Position numbers and translations under genes: made by a program. A stretch of 64,000 nucleotides of DNA from Marsupella aquatica (lineage: Eukaryota > Plantae > Marchantiophyta), in contig OZ316895.1 of NCBI GenBank assembly GCA_973895155.1, forward strand, positions 20,660,803 to 20,724,802, in the 5' to 3' direction. The notes below the pieces were generated by a model. It saw only the letters and a program-made list of their open reading frames with translations. It had not been told where the DNA came from and ran no database searches. This document shows positions 44,932 through 56,700 of this stretch, one piece after another. Position 1 is the stretch's first letter; each line of letters opens with the position of its first letter.

Positions 44932-47900
44932 TTATGAATCAGAATCTTCGTCAATGTCCTCCGCTAACAAATGGCCATTGCCATTGCCTTGAGGTTTTAC
45001 CTCTGTTTCCTCTGTTTCCTCTGTTTCCTCTGTACTCTCCATAGTGTCATCCTCAGAATCTGCATCATTTTCACTATAGTCATCGGATGAAATATCATCA
45101 TCTACCTGTTCCACCTCAACCTCACTATCCTGCTCTTCATACACCACTACTGCATCTGAGTCCGCGGCTAGCTCCGCTTCATTTGATGAAATTTGGGCCA
45201 GGATGAGATCAAGACGCCCTGACAAGGCTAGTAACGGCCGGAAAACTGACAATCGGGCCTCAATAAGTTGGTAAAGAGTTGCTAAAACCGGTTGCATTGC
45301 AGGATTCGACATCAATGTGGCAGCATGCTGTAGGAGGACAGTTCGGACCCAGGGCACCAATGCCAGCCCCCTGCGCGGACGGGTCTCCAACTTTACAATG
45401 CAGACACTCAAGAATTTGGCAGCCTCAGCGGGCCGCAATGTGCGAACAGTGTTGCCTATGAGTCTTTCATCAGACACAGCTAGGCATTGCTCCAATAAAG
45501 CAGCATCATCTGCTTGCAATGCCTGTGAAAGAAGTACTTGAACAGAGTCTGCTCGAGGAGGCACAACTGTCGTTCCAGGGTTTTCACTATTACTTGGTAC
45601 TTTGTCTACTATACCTAATGCTATAAGCTTTTCTTCCATTGTTTGCTCATCATCCTCGTCCATAGCTTCTGCATTAGCATCAGCTAATTTGGGTTGCTGA
45701 GGCTCAGCGCTTTTAGGTTCTGCATCTAAATCAATACTTGCTTGCCGCTTTTTTCTGGTCTTCTTAGCTGTAGAAACAATATCCCCAGATTCCACAAGTG
45801 GTCTTGAAATAATAGCATCGGCAGCATTATCAGGGCCTAAAACCGTGAGGATCTCTGCTTTCTCTGAAGTGATATTTTCTGCACCAAGGGTTGTTGGAAG
45901 CAATGCTCCACCAGATTGAACCTCTAGCACAACTTGAGTTCCTGGGGCTCCTACAGCTACATGCTCAAAAATAGGTTTGGCGGATGTCCCATGGGCAACC
46001 AGTAAAGTCTTAGGACTTTCCCCAATTACTGCCTCTAAGCAAGCTGCTAGCACACTTTGTTTCAATCCCTTGCTCACCTTGGCACTTTTGGAGGTTCCAA
46101 CACTAACTTTTGTGGGCTTGAAAGTTTCCAATTGTTCAAGAGTGGAAGCATGCCAAACGTAAGCGACACCTGTCGAAGAGACAGCCACCAAATTGAATTC
46201 CCCCAAGTCTGCATTGAATGCACTGCAATTAAGAGCCACTGCTGGATGATCCAAAGAGAGAGAACAAACAGCTCCTCTTTCAGACTTGCTTCCTTGAACT
46301 TGCCACATTGCCACTTGTCTCTCACCTCTGGCAGATGATAGCACATATTTTCCATCTTGGCTGAAAGCCAGGACGTTCACAACAGCCTGCAATGAGGGGA
46401 CCACAGTCAGCAACACAGATCAACAACAGCTGTTGGTCTAACCAAGAACAGAGCAAGACACTCATGAAATAGGATTTAGTTAGAAGATTAGATCAACTTA
46501 CCGCGTGACCAGCAAATTTGCAAATCCGCTTCTTGCTAGCCAGGTCAAAAAGCTTGAGCTCGGAACTAGCTGCAAGCAAACTACCACCATCTGAAAACGT
46601 GTCATGAAACAAGCAATCACCGATTAGAACTTTCTCACCGGGAATGTCAATCAAACAAACTGAATGACAAAAAGCTATTGGCATACCTGGAGAGACGGCA
46701 ATACTCGATACAGGGGTTTTGGCAGCCCTGAACTTCCCTACCAATTCCCCAGTTCTAGAATTCAAGTCGCAAATCATCCCATCTGCTCCTGCTGTGTACA
46801 GGGTCTGTCCGTCCTTCGAAAATGCCACCGACTTAATCCCTCTGGCATACCACAGAGCATTAGATAAAAAGGACAATTGGATGCAATCAACTTTTGTGCA
46901 GCAAGTTTAAACATCGTCATTTGGAGAAGAGGAAACGGCAGATACGAAATCTCTCACCCCGCATTGCAATCGCTAGTCCTCCATCTAAGCTGACCAAGCG
47001 CTGCATCCCATGCCAGTACGTCTCCTGAGCCGGTTCCAAGCACTAAAAGAAGTTGCCCGTCTTTTGACCCCTTTTTTCTCCCCTGCAGAGGAAAATGAAG
47101 AGCAAGATAATCAGGAGCTGTCAACTAATCCAAGCTTGGTTCCCAAGCATCGTTTGAACGTTTCCTTCCCTATAAGATTGAGGAATATCAATAAAGGAAA
47201 CACTGCTTGGAGAGCAGAGACACATTTAATGGCTGAAACAAATTTCAAATTTCGTGAAGGCAAAAGGTATATGAAGCATGCGAGAGGATCGAAGGGTGGA
47301 CAGACACCTTCTTTGAGACAGAGGGCAATGAACCCCAGACAAGGCACGTATAGTCGATTGCCAAGTGGCCATGTACTTCCCCTCCTGCACCGCTTGTGGA
47401 TGCCGCAATATCCACAAATTCTCCACGCAAATGCCCGCTTCCGACGTCCCAAGTCTGCACGTCAAATCGGTGTCCACATAAGAATCGCCAGCTTCGATTG
47501 TTGCCTTCACTCCTCTATGTTTCTCTCTAACTACCTACGAATTTCAACTTTCGTTGGTGCTGTCCCTTCCCTGTGCTCTCTAACCCAACATGCTGAATAA
47601 CGACTTCAGCCTTTGTTCCTTCTTGAAGTTCTCCACACTCTGTATCCCAATAATCACAACAGTTTCGGAAGATTTGTTTTTTCTCTTCTTGTTTGCAATA
47701 TCTGCCACAACTGCTAAATAGAGTTTCAACTTCTGTTCACTGCCAACTCCTCTATACGTTCTACACAACGCTCCAAACAGGCATTCAACTTTCAGAAATT
47801 TTCTCCTCTCATTAACTCTCCATTCGACATCCGTAATTTCCACCGCCTCCACCCTATTTGCCCCTCTAATCGACCCTGTAGCTTGTCAAAGGTGAGCTGG

Positions 47901-48062
47901 TTGAAACTCAGAACGGACATTGTGCTATGAAGTTTGTTACCGATTTTTCGAGAAAACAAAATCCCAGGAAGGGCATGGCATGCGAAATACCTTCACACGG
48001 CCATCCGCAGTTGCGATTGCGAGAAATTCGGCAGCCGGGCTGAAGGCTACTAATCCGTCCAT
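44932..48062 (-). CDS. WDR43: WD repeat-containing protein 43 / Utp5 homolog (UtpA, SSU processome), 6 exons
   Basis: GT-AG exons 47991-48062, 47308-47454, 46958-47082, 46687-46841, 46502-46590, 44932-46386 join in frame: MDGLVAFSP...DGRVK|TWDV...DYTCLVW|LVLGTGSGDVLAWD...; C-terminal Utp12/Dip2-type domain (PPRADSVQVLLSQALQADD.ALLEQCL...LLALSGRLDLI) and an acidic tail. Confidence 0.92.
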
Positions 48063-49097
48063 CGCAGGTCGAATTCGTCGAGCTCAAAAATCCCAGCCCT
48101 TCAGCTCTCAATCACCAGTCCGCTCGACGCTGTTGGCACATTCAGACTGAGCTGCAAGATTATGTTAACATGAATGCAACATTGTGGCACCCACCTGCAG
48201 TTGCAGATCCAGGATCCAAGATTCGAAGATGCTGGAGAAAGTTAGCACATTAGGATCGAGGGTTTTGATGGGGCTGTCTCCTGTGTTGCTTGCAAGCTAT
48301 GGTGGTGGGGAGGAATAATGAGTAAGGGTTGGGGTTTAATTTCTGAATGCTATGAACAGCAAGCTCAAAAAACAGGATGTGCTCTTATGGGGTATTTTCT
48401 CCTTACTACTCCATCCTGTAACCTTTGGAATTGGAGATGTTACCTTGTGCCTAGCCGAACCCAGTAGCTATGGAGATTCTATCTTGTGCCTCCAGCCAAA
48501 TCTCACTGTCAGTTCAGGTGAATCAATTAGTGTAGCAGAACTTTGAATTCACTCTAAACACTTCACTCCAGGTATGGAATGCCTTTTACATTTCCACGGT
48601 CCTGGACAAAATAGTCACTTTATGTGCACTTTTTTCCTTGGAATATCACTTCACTTATATACATACTTTATCAGCAGAAACCCCATGGAGGAGAGGAACC
48701 AAGCAGCACATAAACCCCAACCACCCAGCAACCACAACACCCACGGGGCTGTTTTGGCCCATCTAAAAAAACAATACTTTGTTAAGAACAACTTTGACTA
48801 ATTATGGTGACTTGGATACACCAGGTTTTGTTTTGGGGACAGCAGTGGATGAAGAGTAGTACAACTCTCTCGCAAGGGCATTGTCCTGGGTAAAGCCCTA
48901 CATTAGGCCTGCCCAAGGTGCTTTTCCAGGGATGTTGTCCTAAAACCATAAACTCATGAAAGGTTTATATGAGAAAATTTACAAATGGCCATTTTTACAA
49001 AAGGCAGCGAAGTACAGTGTGTACAAAATACCTGACCTAGAAGTTATGTAAACCCACTATTCTCTAGAGGGCCAAGGCTGTTAGTTTAGGGCCTCTA

Positions 49098-49441
49098 TGT
49101 TGAACATAGACGACATTCATAACAGCAAGCCCATGAACCATCTAACGCACAATAGTTGACACAGAGAGATACGTGGTTCACCTCCACATGAGGCTACGTC
49201 CACGAGAACACACAAGAGCTTTACTGCACTCTAGGCCGACCGGCCATACCAAGCATCCACAGCACAAGCTCTCCCTATCTCTCAACTAGCTCCGTAACAA
49301 TGAGCCTAAGTTTCACCAGGGTCTGGCATCAGCCCTGGCTATATACACAATAACACTACCGCTAACATTAGCTAAGTCTTAACCCAAGTTAGCCTAAATG
49401 TAGTTAGCTCATGAGTCACAAGACTAGAGCAATATCTAACA
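49098..49441 (-). mobile_element. Solo LTR (Copia-like), 344 bp, TSD CTCTA
   Basis: TG...CA ends; CTCTA at 49093-49097 and 49442-49446; the minus strand has a tatata box and ggacgtagcc...ggtgaaccacgta. Confidence 0.88.
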
Positions 49442-49454
49442 CTCTAGACCAATT

Positions 49455-49770
49455 AGTCTTAATGACCCTCCTATGCTGTTTACTCAAGAGCTTTATCAGG
49501 TTTTTCAGTTTACTCAGTAAGGCTCGAGTGACCTTCCTTATGCTTTATTGTGGAGCTTTACCAATAGGGTTCTAGAGACCTTCTTATGGGGTTTATTCCT
49601 GAGCTTTACCAGGCTTATGGGCTTCATTGTTGAACTTTACCAATAGGGCTCTAGTGACCTTCGGATGGGGTTTAGTGGAACTTTACCAATAGGGCTCTAG
49701 TGACCTTCCTATGCAATTTATTCCTGAGTTTTATCAGGCTTTTCAATTTACTAATGAAATAGGGCTAGTA
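49455..49770. repeat. Degenerate ~50-60-bp minisatellite
   Basis: Recurring ctttaccaatagggctctagtgaccttc and gagcttta.cagg units between the two LTRs. Confidence 0.8.
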
Positions 49771-49786
49771 CTTCCTTTGCCATAAT

Positions 49787-50119
49787 TGTTAAGGATTGTT
49801 CTTAGTCTTGTGACTCAAAAGTTACGACAATTAGGTTAACCTCACTTAAGGACTTAGCTGAGGTTAGGTTAGTCGTGTGTGATCTTGCATATATACCATG
49901 GCTAGTGTAAACCGATGACATGGTGTGCTTGCTCATTGTAACGAAGCAACTTGAGGAAAAGAGAGAACTTGTGTGATCAACTATTCTACACTAAAGTTGG
50001 AGTGTTCATGGAAATGTAACCTTGGAGAAGAAATGAACCATGTATGAATTGTGTTGATTATGTGTGTATGGTATGAATCATGATTGTATCGTAATGAAAG
50101 AAGATATCATAGTTCAACA
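49787..50119 (+). mobile_element. Solo LTR (same family, more diverged), 333 bp, TSD ATAAT
   Basis: tgttaaggattgttcttagtcttgtgactc...gttcaaca; ATAAT at 49782-49786 and 50120-50124. Confidence 0.82.
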
Positions 50120-50391
50120 ATAATCCGGCTTTTTGGTTCTCTAGTCTTCTCGGGGTTTCTCCTTGTTTTCTCTCCTTTCTTGGGTTTTACAATTTGTTAA
50201 TAAACAATAAAAGTTTAGATCTTTCTTGTCCAAAACTAAACCTGTTAGTTCAATCTTTAATTACACATACACTAATTTTTTGTTCTATGGGCAATGTGAT
50301 ATATAAAAAGAATAACTAGATCAAGTTCCAAAGCGTCAGCATTGGAGATTCTTCGACGCTGACTCTTGAGCACCTGACTCTTGAGCACCTG

Positions 50392-50518
50392 TTGTTCACT
50401 TTCCATAACTATGCAGTTTCAGTGGCGTCCAAACTGAGAATTGTTCACTTTCCATAATTATGCAGTTTCAGTGACGTTTCAAACTGAGAATTGTTCACTT
50501 TCCATAATTATGCAGTTA
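50392..50518. repeat. ~50-bp tandem repeat x2.6
   Basis: ttgttcactttccataa.tatgcagtt(tcagtg.cgt..caaactgagaa) occurs three times. Confidence 0.9.
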
Positions 50519-51567
50519 CAAAGTGAAGTTGCAGGCTGAGAATGATGTACCTCCAATGGCTGGAGCCGATGACTCCAACCCATAGTGGGCTCTCGTCGGC
50601 ACCGCAATTTCGATGTTTGATTTCACAATTATCCCAAGTGTTTCTTCTGGGGCCAGCCACACACATTCGGTTCGTGAGGGTAAAAGCGATAATTATATCG
50701 TTCGCGTTGAATCCAGTTCACAATTTGCCCTATCCGAGTCATGGTCCCGACGAGGCATTATTCTGGGAAAGACTTCTGAGACGCGTTCTGGTGTCGTTGG
50801 ATTTCCAACTAGTAAGAATATCATGCATTTCAAACTCAGTTTCTCTGCTCAGGTGACCTTTCTGTCAGTGTTGTACTTCCATCCAGCGGATAACAAACGA
50901 AATGATAGCAGCAGGATTTGTCTATTGCAATTAACAATTAAAATGGAAAGAGAGTCATCTACTCCACCAATTAACTGGAAAGAATGTCATCTACTTCACC
51001 GTAGCATGCAAGTTAGGCAAGCAACATAATTATGTTCAGTTACGCTCAGTGTTGATATAAATTTCGAGGTAAGAGTAACATGTGAAATGAGCCGACAGCT
51101 TGAGTAGAACACCAATCAGCTTTTTTGTGTTTGATGTATCGAAAGTGTCCCAGTGAAAGTTGAAACAACTCAGATCTCTTGTACTTGTGTTCTTCTGTGG
51201 TAGTTCACGAATGCTTGGGACTTTCTCAAGGGAGTAGCTGTTTTCGAGCAAGTCATCCGGTTCTATGGAAACTATACCGGTGAATTGGAAGTAAGTGGTG
51301 ATGATTTAAGCCAAACAGCAGAACGCTTGAAGATGTCAAGCTGGTCTAATGTCCTCGGTGGCAATTTGTGACGACCTCTGCAAAGATCTAGACGATCGAA
51401 GATACTAGTGATTTACACTACTAACTAAGCGTATCAGTCAGCCAGGTGCAGATTGGAAGATCCACCCGTGTGCAGACATAAAATTGTGCATGGAGTTATT
51501 ACACCTCTCAGAGCCATATGAGAGTTTAGAAAAACACTGTTCATCGTCGTGTCCAGCAAACGACTAT

Positions 51568-52860
51568 TCATTCATCCTGCAAAACAATCTCATCTGGGTC
51601 TCTTGCATCACCCACATTGTTGGCAACAGCCTCAAACTCATCAACATCATCAGGTAAAGCATCATCATCCAAAGGTATCTCGTCTGGATCGGCAACGCTC
51701 TCTTTACTTCTATCGGTGGGTTGGCGACCCCAGGAATTGGATACAGTGTTGGCATCAAACGTGTATTGCAATTGCAGCAAGTCCAGAAATGCTTCAGTCT
51801 GTGGATTACGTAGTTGACCTGTAGACAAAATTCCAATATTCTTCCCTTTAGTCGGATCGTATGGCTCAGCTGTCATGACGAAGTCGGGAACGGCAAATCC
51901 ACCTTCCTCATTCATTCGTTGCTTTACCCACTCCCTGTGCAACTGAAGAGAATCCCCCTGGGCTAGCTGTGCTGGCCTCCTGGTAAGTGGCAAGTGAGGA
52001 TGGTAAGCACGGGTGATGGCCAGCCATTCCTCATCAAATTTGAAGTCCAACGGTGCCCCTTGTCCAGGAACCTCAAGAATCTGCAAGAAGTCCCGTCCAG
52101 GCAGACATTTGTCCAAGGCAAGAAACTTGGTGGAGCCTCCACCATCCGGATGGTTAACCACAGCTGCAAACTTAACATGCATATGAGCTGCGAACCAAAA
52201 CTTTGGCTTCAGCTTCTGTAAGAGCTGCATCGAGGGTCTACTCCCAAGAGAGTTGTCGTCTACCTCTGCTCGGAGAAAAGGCTTCTTCCGAAGAAGCTCC
52301 TGCTTATTTCCATGCAACACTATGCCATTCGGCCAATCATGTGACAAAAATATGTCAACGGGCTCCTTCAACTCCAGCAGCTTGGTCACATCAAACTCCC
52401 GGATGTGGTAAATTGACCTCATGTCGTTGTTGTCATACGGAGCTCGCTCATAGTGTCCTGAACGGTAATCCCTAGCTTTGTAAATGCCAGAAAGGCCACC
52501 AATGCGAACACCTCCGAACCAGATTACCCCTGCAAACCCTAGGAAGTATATGTTGGGGGCTACATACCCACCATAGAAGAGCTCCCATAGGTAATTGGAC
52601 GCTTCATGATTGCCACCCACGAAAAGGGTAGGGTATGGCGCCGTCTCTTCTCCGGTATAGTACTTCCAGAAGCTGCCAATGGCACGGTATTTCACAGGGC
52701 ATGCCAAAGACTCGAGGTCGTTCAGGTTTCGCAAGGCCTGGAAATCCCCGCAACAGATGAGGAGATCAATTTTGGTATTCTCGACCCGCTCCAGGTGTTG
52801 CAGCGTTGCGTAGATGTTCTCCAGGTCGCCATGCGCACACCCTTCCACCGCAATCCTCAT
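51568..52860 (-). CDS. DBR1: RNA lariat debranching enzyme (metallophosphoesterase), intronless CDS, 430 aa
   Basis: MRIAVEGCAHG, LLICCGDFQ, GGNHEASNYL, RIGGLSGIY, FLSHDWP, FAAHMHVKF, TKFLALDKCLP, DEEWLAIT, NPQT, C-terminal DPDEI motifs. Confidence 0.96.
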   Translation of the reverse strand: MRIAVEGCAHGDLENIYATLQHLERVENTKIDLLICCGDFQALRNLNDLESLACPVKYRAIGSFWKYYTGEETAPYPTLFVGGNHEASNYLWELFYGGYVAPNIYFLGFAGVIWFGGVRIGGLSGIYKARDYRSGHYERAPYDNNDMRSIYHIREFDVTKLLELKEPVDIFLSHDWPNGIVLHGNKQELLRKKPFLRAEVDDNSLGSRPSMQLLQKLKPKFWFAAHMHVKFAAVVNHPDGGGSTKFLALDKCLPGRDFLQILEVPGQGAPLDFKFDEEWLAITRAYHPHLPLTRRPAQLAQGDSLQLHREWVKQRMNEEGGFAVPDFVMTAEPYDPTKGKNIGILSTGQLRNPQTEAFLDLLQLQYTFDANTVSNSWGRQPTDRSKESVADPDEIPLDDDALPDDVDEFEAVANNVGDARDPDEIVLQDE

Positions 52861-53777
52861 CCTGTGAGACCTCTACGCTGCTGCTCCCCCTTCCTTCCTT
52901 CCAGCATGCCAGTTTCTAGTCCACCTCAGCTCTGTTCCTCAAACCTCCATGCGTCCTTGCTGCTTTCTGTCCACAATCGACATTAGCTTCCACTCATCAC
53001 CCAGAAGGACGAGAGAGAGGTACCACACGCCACTGGGGACGAACAAGGAGTAAGGGAGAAACAGAGGACCCTACTCGCCGTAAAATTAGGGTTTGATTAC
53101 TGCGCCGTAATCTATGCTTGAAAATTCAAACGGGCCTCGATTGGCGGGCCAGACAAAATTCACAACGGCTTTCCCTCCCCTCCCACGACCCCTCCTCTCC
53201 ACAGTGAACTCCCACTGAGTATATGCGAGAATGAGCACTGAGCAGCCTGAGCACCTTCTGCCCAGCTGAACTGAGTGTACTGCCCAGCGGCGATGAGAGG
53301 GAGAAAGAGCGAGAGAGATTCGGCAGGCTGAGCACTTCGCCTTCCCACATTTTCTGGATTTGGGTCCTGTCAGCGCAAAATCGCTAGCTAGCGCGGAAGA
53401 GGAGAGGGTGAATTTCTGCCAGATTTCTGTTCATGTTGCGACGTCTCAACGAGATGTGGGCGTAGCGACACCGCATTTTGAGCTGACAGGATAAGTGGAT
53501 CGTTTCCGCAGAAGAGGAGGGTTCGGAATGCCGGCGAGATTTTTGTTCCTATCGATTTCAGTGAGAAGTGGGTGCGGCGGCATTTTGAGCTGAAGGACAA
53601 TTGGACAATTGCATTGCAAATGCAGAAGAGGAGAGACTCAAATTTTATTCAGATTTGGTGCTCGTCGGTCTCAATGAGATCTGGATGTAGCGGCATCTTG
53701 AGCTAACAGGACATTTGCATCGCAAACACAGAAGTGTGGAGTTGAAAAGGGGGACAGAGAACAGAAGGGAGGGAGGG
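52861..53777. promoter_or_regulatory. Shared (bidirectional) promoter and 5' UTRs of DBR1 and the NPK1-like gene
   Basis: Divergent start codons 917 bp apart; telo-box (ttagggttt, ~53086-53094) next to two GGGCC site-II-like motifs (~53132, ~53146); candidate DBR1 5'-UTR intron ~52967-53100 (GTAATC...CTAAT...CAG). Confidence 0.55.
53393..53734 (+). repeat. Three degenerate ~115-bp units upstream of the MAPKKK ATG
   Basis: gc.gaagaggag...agattt...gaga..tgg..g..gcg...gcat.ttgagct.a.agga at ~53393, 53508, 53622. Confidence 0.8.
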
Positions 53778-56700
53778 ATGGAGGGGACGAGGAAATTTGA
53801 TGTCTCCGGAAGCGCTAGAAAGCCTCGGCCAGGCAGTCCGCGGACGATTCGATGGCGGAAGGGGGAGATTATTGGAGCAGGAGCTTATGGGCGAGTGTAT
53901 ATGGGCATGAATCTCGACTCGGGCGAGCTACTTGCAGTGAAACAGGTTGAGACTGTTTCAACGCCTCCCACCTCATCTGAAACCTTGTGCTGTCTTCTCA
54001 TACAATAACTTTGTGAAGGAATAGATGAATGGTCTCAAATATAATTGGGTAGTGGAAAGGAACTGATGAATGGCTGCTAAGAGAATGCGGGGTTTTGAAA
54101 ACGTTGGATTGCCGAAGATCAATCTAAAAATTAGAACGACAATAGAAGATTGGATCATTGGATTAGCTCTTATGGTTGAATTGTTGAAGGTCGCTGGGTT
54201 GTTGAAGGTGAATTTCTGAATGATTTGAGTGAATGAGTGAACTATTTGAAACATCAAGCCACTGTTAGCAGGGCCCTTGCCGAGATGTGACCTCCCATCC
54301 TCTCCCCTCAGTTTGCGTACCTCAATTCTATGGGCAGCAGATAGCAAGGGTTAGGAGGGGCACAAGGTACTCCTCTCTAGGCCGCGAGAAAGAGTTGGGA
54401 TGCAAAGGTCTATAACTTCCCAGGGACACTGAATCCATTGGTACAGTAGGATGAGAAGCAATTCATGTTCTTTGTGAAGTGGATTTGAAGGTCTGTGAAT
54501 CGTTTGGAACACAACTTCTGCAATAATTGTCTTCTGCATTCATTAATTCGGTCTGTTTCTGGGCTTTCCGGCCGTGCTGCAGGTCCTTATTGCTGTCAAC
54601 AATGTAACAAAAGAGAAAGCTCAAGTAAGTTCATCTGTTGCAACTGTCACTGTTTCTGTTTTCTACACGTTCTAATTTAATATCTTCATTGCAAGGATAA
54701 TATTGCTTGAATTCAGTCTTACCCTGGCACGATACGTCATGATTGTTAATTTGGAGGCGTCCATGGAACTGAGTGAATGCAGGCTCATATTAGAGAGTTA
54801 GAAGAGGAAGTGAGGCTTCTTCGGAATCTATCGCATCCAAACATTGTTGTGAGTAATCTTTCCGCGAATTCACCTACGTTTGTCTCCCAATGCTCATGCT
54901 ACCCAGATTGAATATGTTAAGGGCTATGCATCTCCACTGCTGCGGAAGAAAGTCAGCACTACTACTGTATTACAACTCAGCAGTATTAGGTTCACGCCTC
55001 GTTCCACTGATCATTTCATTCGCCTCAGATCTTCGTGACTTCGCTTCCGAGAACAGCTGACATTGCGAAATATACTCTAGTGAAGAAGTAGTTGAGGATG
55101 TGAAGCACAAGTCACTCGAATGGAATTGCTAAATGCGAAGTACCATCGTTCATTTGTCAAAATCTAAACTCATTGGTATATCCTGGACAGCGCTACCTGG
55201 GCACCGCTCGAGAGGATGAGGCTCTCAACATTCTCCTCGAATTTGTCCCCGGTGGGTCCATTGCTTCCCTTCTGGGAAAATTCGGGTCCTTCACTGAACC
55301 AGTAAGATATCCCCTCTTGCCATCCTCGTTCTTCTCAGCAAAGATTGCAAGCTGGGTAATTGTCAATCAAGGGGCATACTTGGAGTTGTAGTTAAGCTAG
55401 TGTCGTTGTGGACCCTGGAAACTCCCTGAAAAATTCCTCCAGGCTGTATAAAATTGTACCCCGGAAGTACAGTGTTTGCACTCCTGTCCTTTTGAGATTT
55501 GTTACGTTTGTAAGCAAGAAGAGGAAGTGACATTGCAATTATCCTGACAGGTTATACGAATGTACACGAAGCAGCTTCTTCTTGGACTGGAGTACTTACA
55601 CAGCAACAATATTTTGCACCGAGATATCAAGGTTAGCCACATTGTCATCGTTGCCTCTCTTCTGCCAGCATGGACACAATGGATTTACGAGGTGGTGAAA
55701 GAGTTCACAATATTAATCAGTGATGATTGTGCTTTCATTGCAGGGTGGGAATATTCTCGTAGATAATAGAGGATGCATCAAGCTCGCCGACTTCGGAGCA
55801 TCAAAGAAAGTAGTGGAGTTGGTAAGACCCCACCCTTGCTCAAGGGAACTTGGCTTGCAAACAATGGCGCGGTTGACCTATTCTCTCGGACTTCGAGGTC
55901 AAGGGTAGCAGTAGGAGATGAATTTCTTCTGAAAATGGAATAGTACCTAATTACTTCGGAATTTGTTCCGCAGGCAACTGTTTCTGAAGCCAAATCTATG
56001 AAGGGTACACCGTATTGGATGGCCCCAGAAGTTATTCGTCAGACGGGCCATAATTGGTAGAAAAACTTCCCATTGCTTCAACTCATTTTGTTGCCTTGTC
56101 TTCCTTCTTCTAAGCCTGTGCAGCTGTGTTTTCTCCGAAATTTGAGGGTCTGAAATTCACGCTGTTGTAATCGATTTTTCTTTAATCTGAGCAATGACAC
56201 TGGGTACTGCAGGCAGGCAGATATATGGAGCGTCGGTTGCACGGTCATAGAAATGGCTACAGGGAAACCCCCATGGAGTCAGCAATTCCAAGAGGTTGGT
56301 TTCATTTTTGGTTATACGTGACATTAGACTGTTGGTGATTGTGGGGATTTTATTTGCGTTTTGCGTGTATTCAGCAGTCAATATACATTATTCTCAATGA
56401 AATGCAGGAAACGCACATGATGTGGAATTTGCACTTTAAGTTTGTTCCTGTTGTGGTTGGTTCTCTTGCATTGACGATTCTAGCACATGACATTGAGGAC
56501 TGTGCCGTGGAAATGTTACAGTGTCTGTCGTATAGTTTCAACGCAGTTCAATAATTCAGTGGTTACTTACGATCTATAGGTCTTAACAGTCACTTTAGCT
56601 GTGTCTCTTGCCTTACTGTAGGTTGCGGCTTTGTTCCACATTGGGACAACGAAATCTCATCCTCCGATTCCAGAGCATCTGTCGGTGGAAGCTAAGAACT

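Noticed and set aside
47010-47600. 196-aa plus-strand ORF
   Set aside because: Antisense to WDR43 exons and introns with no recognisable domain; the same applies to most short ORFs overlapping L1, CRE, DBR1 and AHL.
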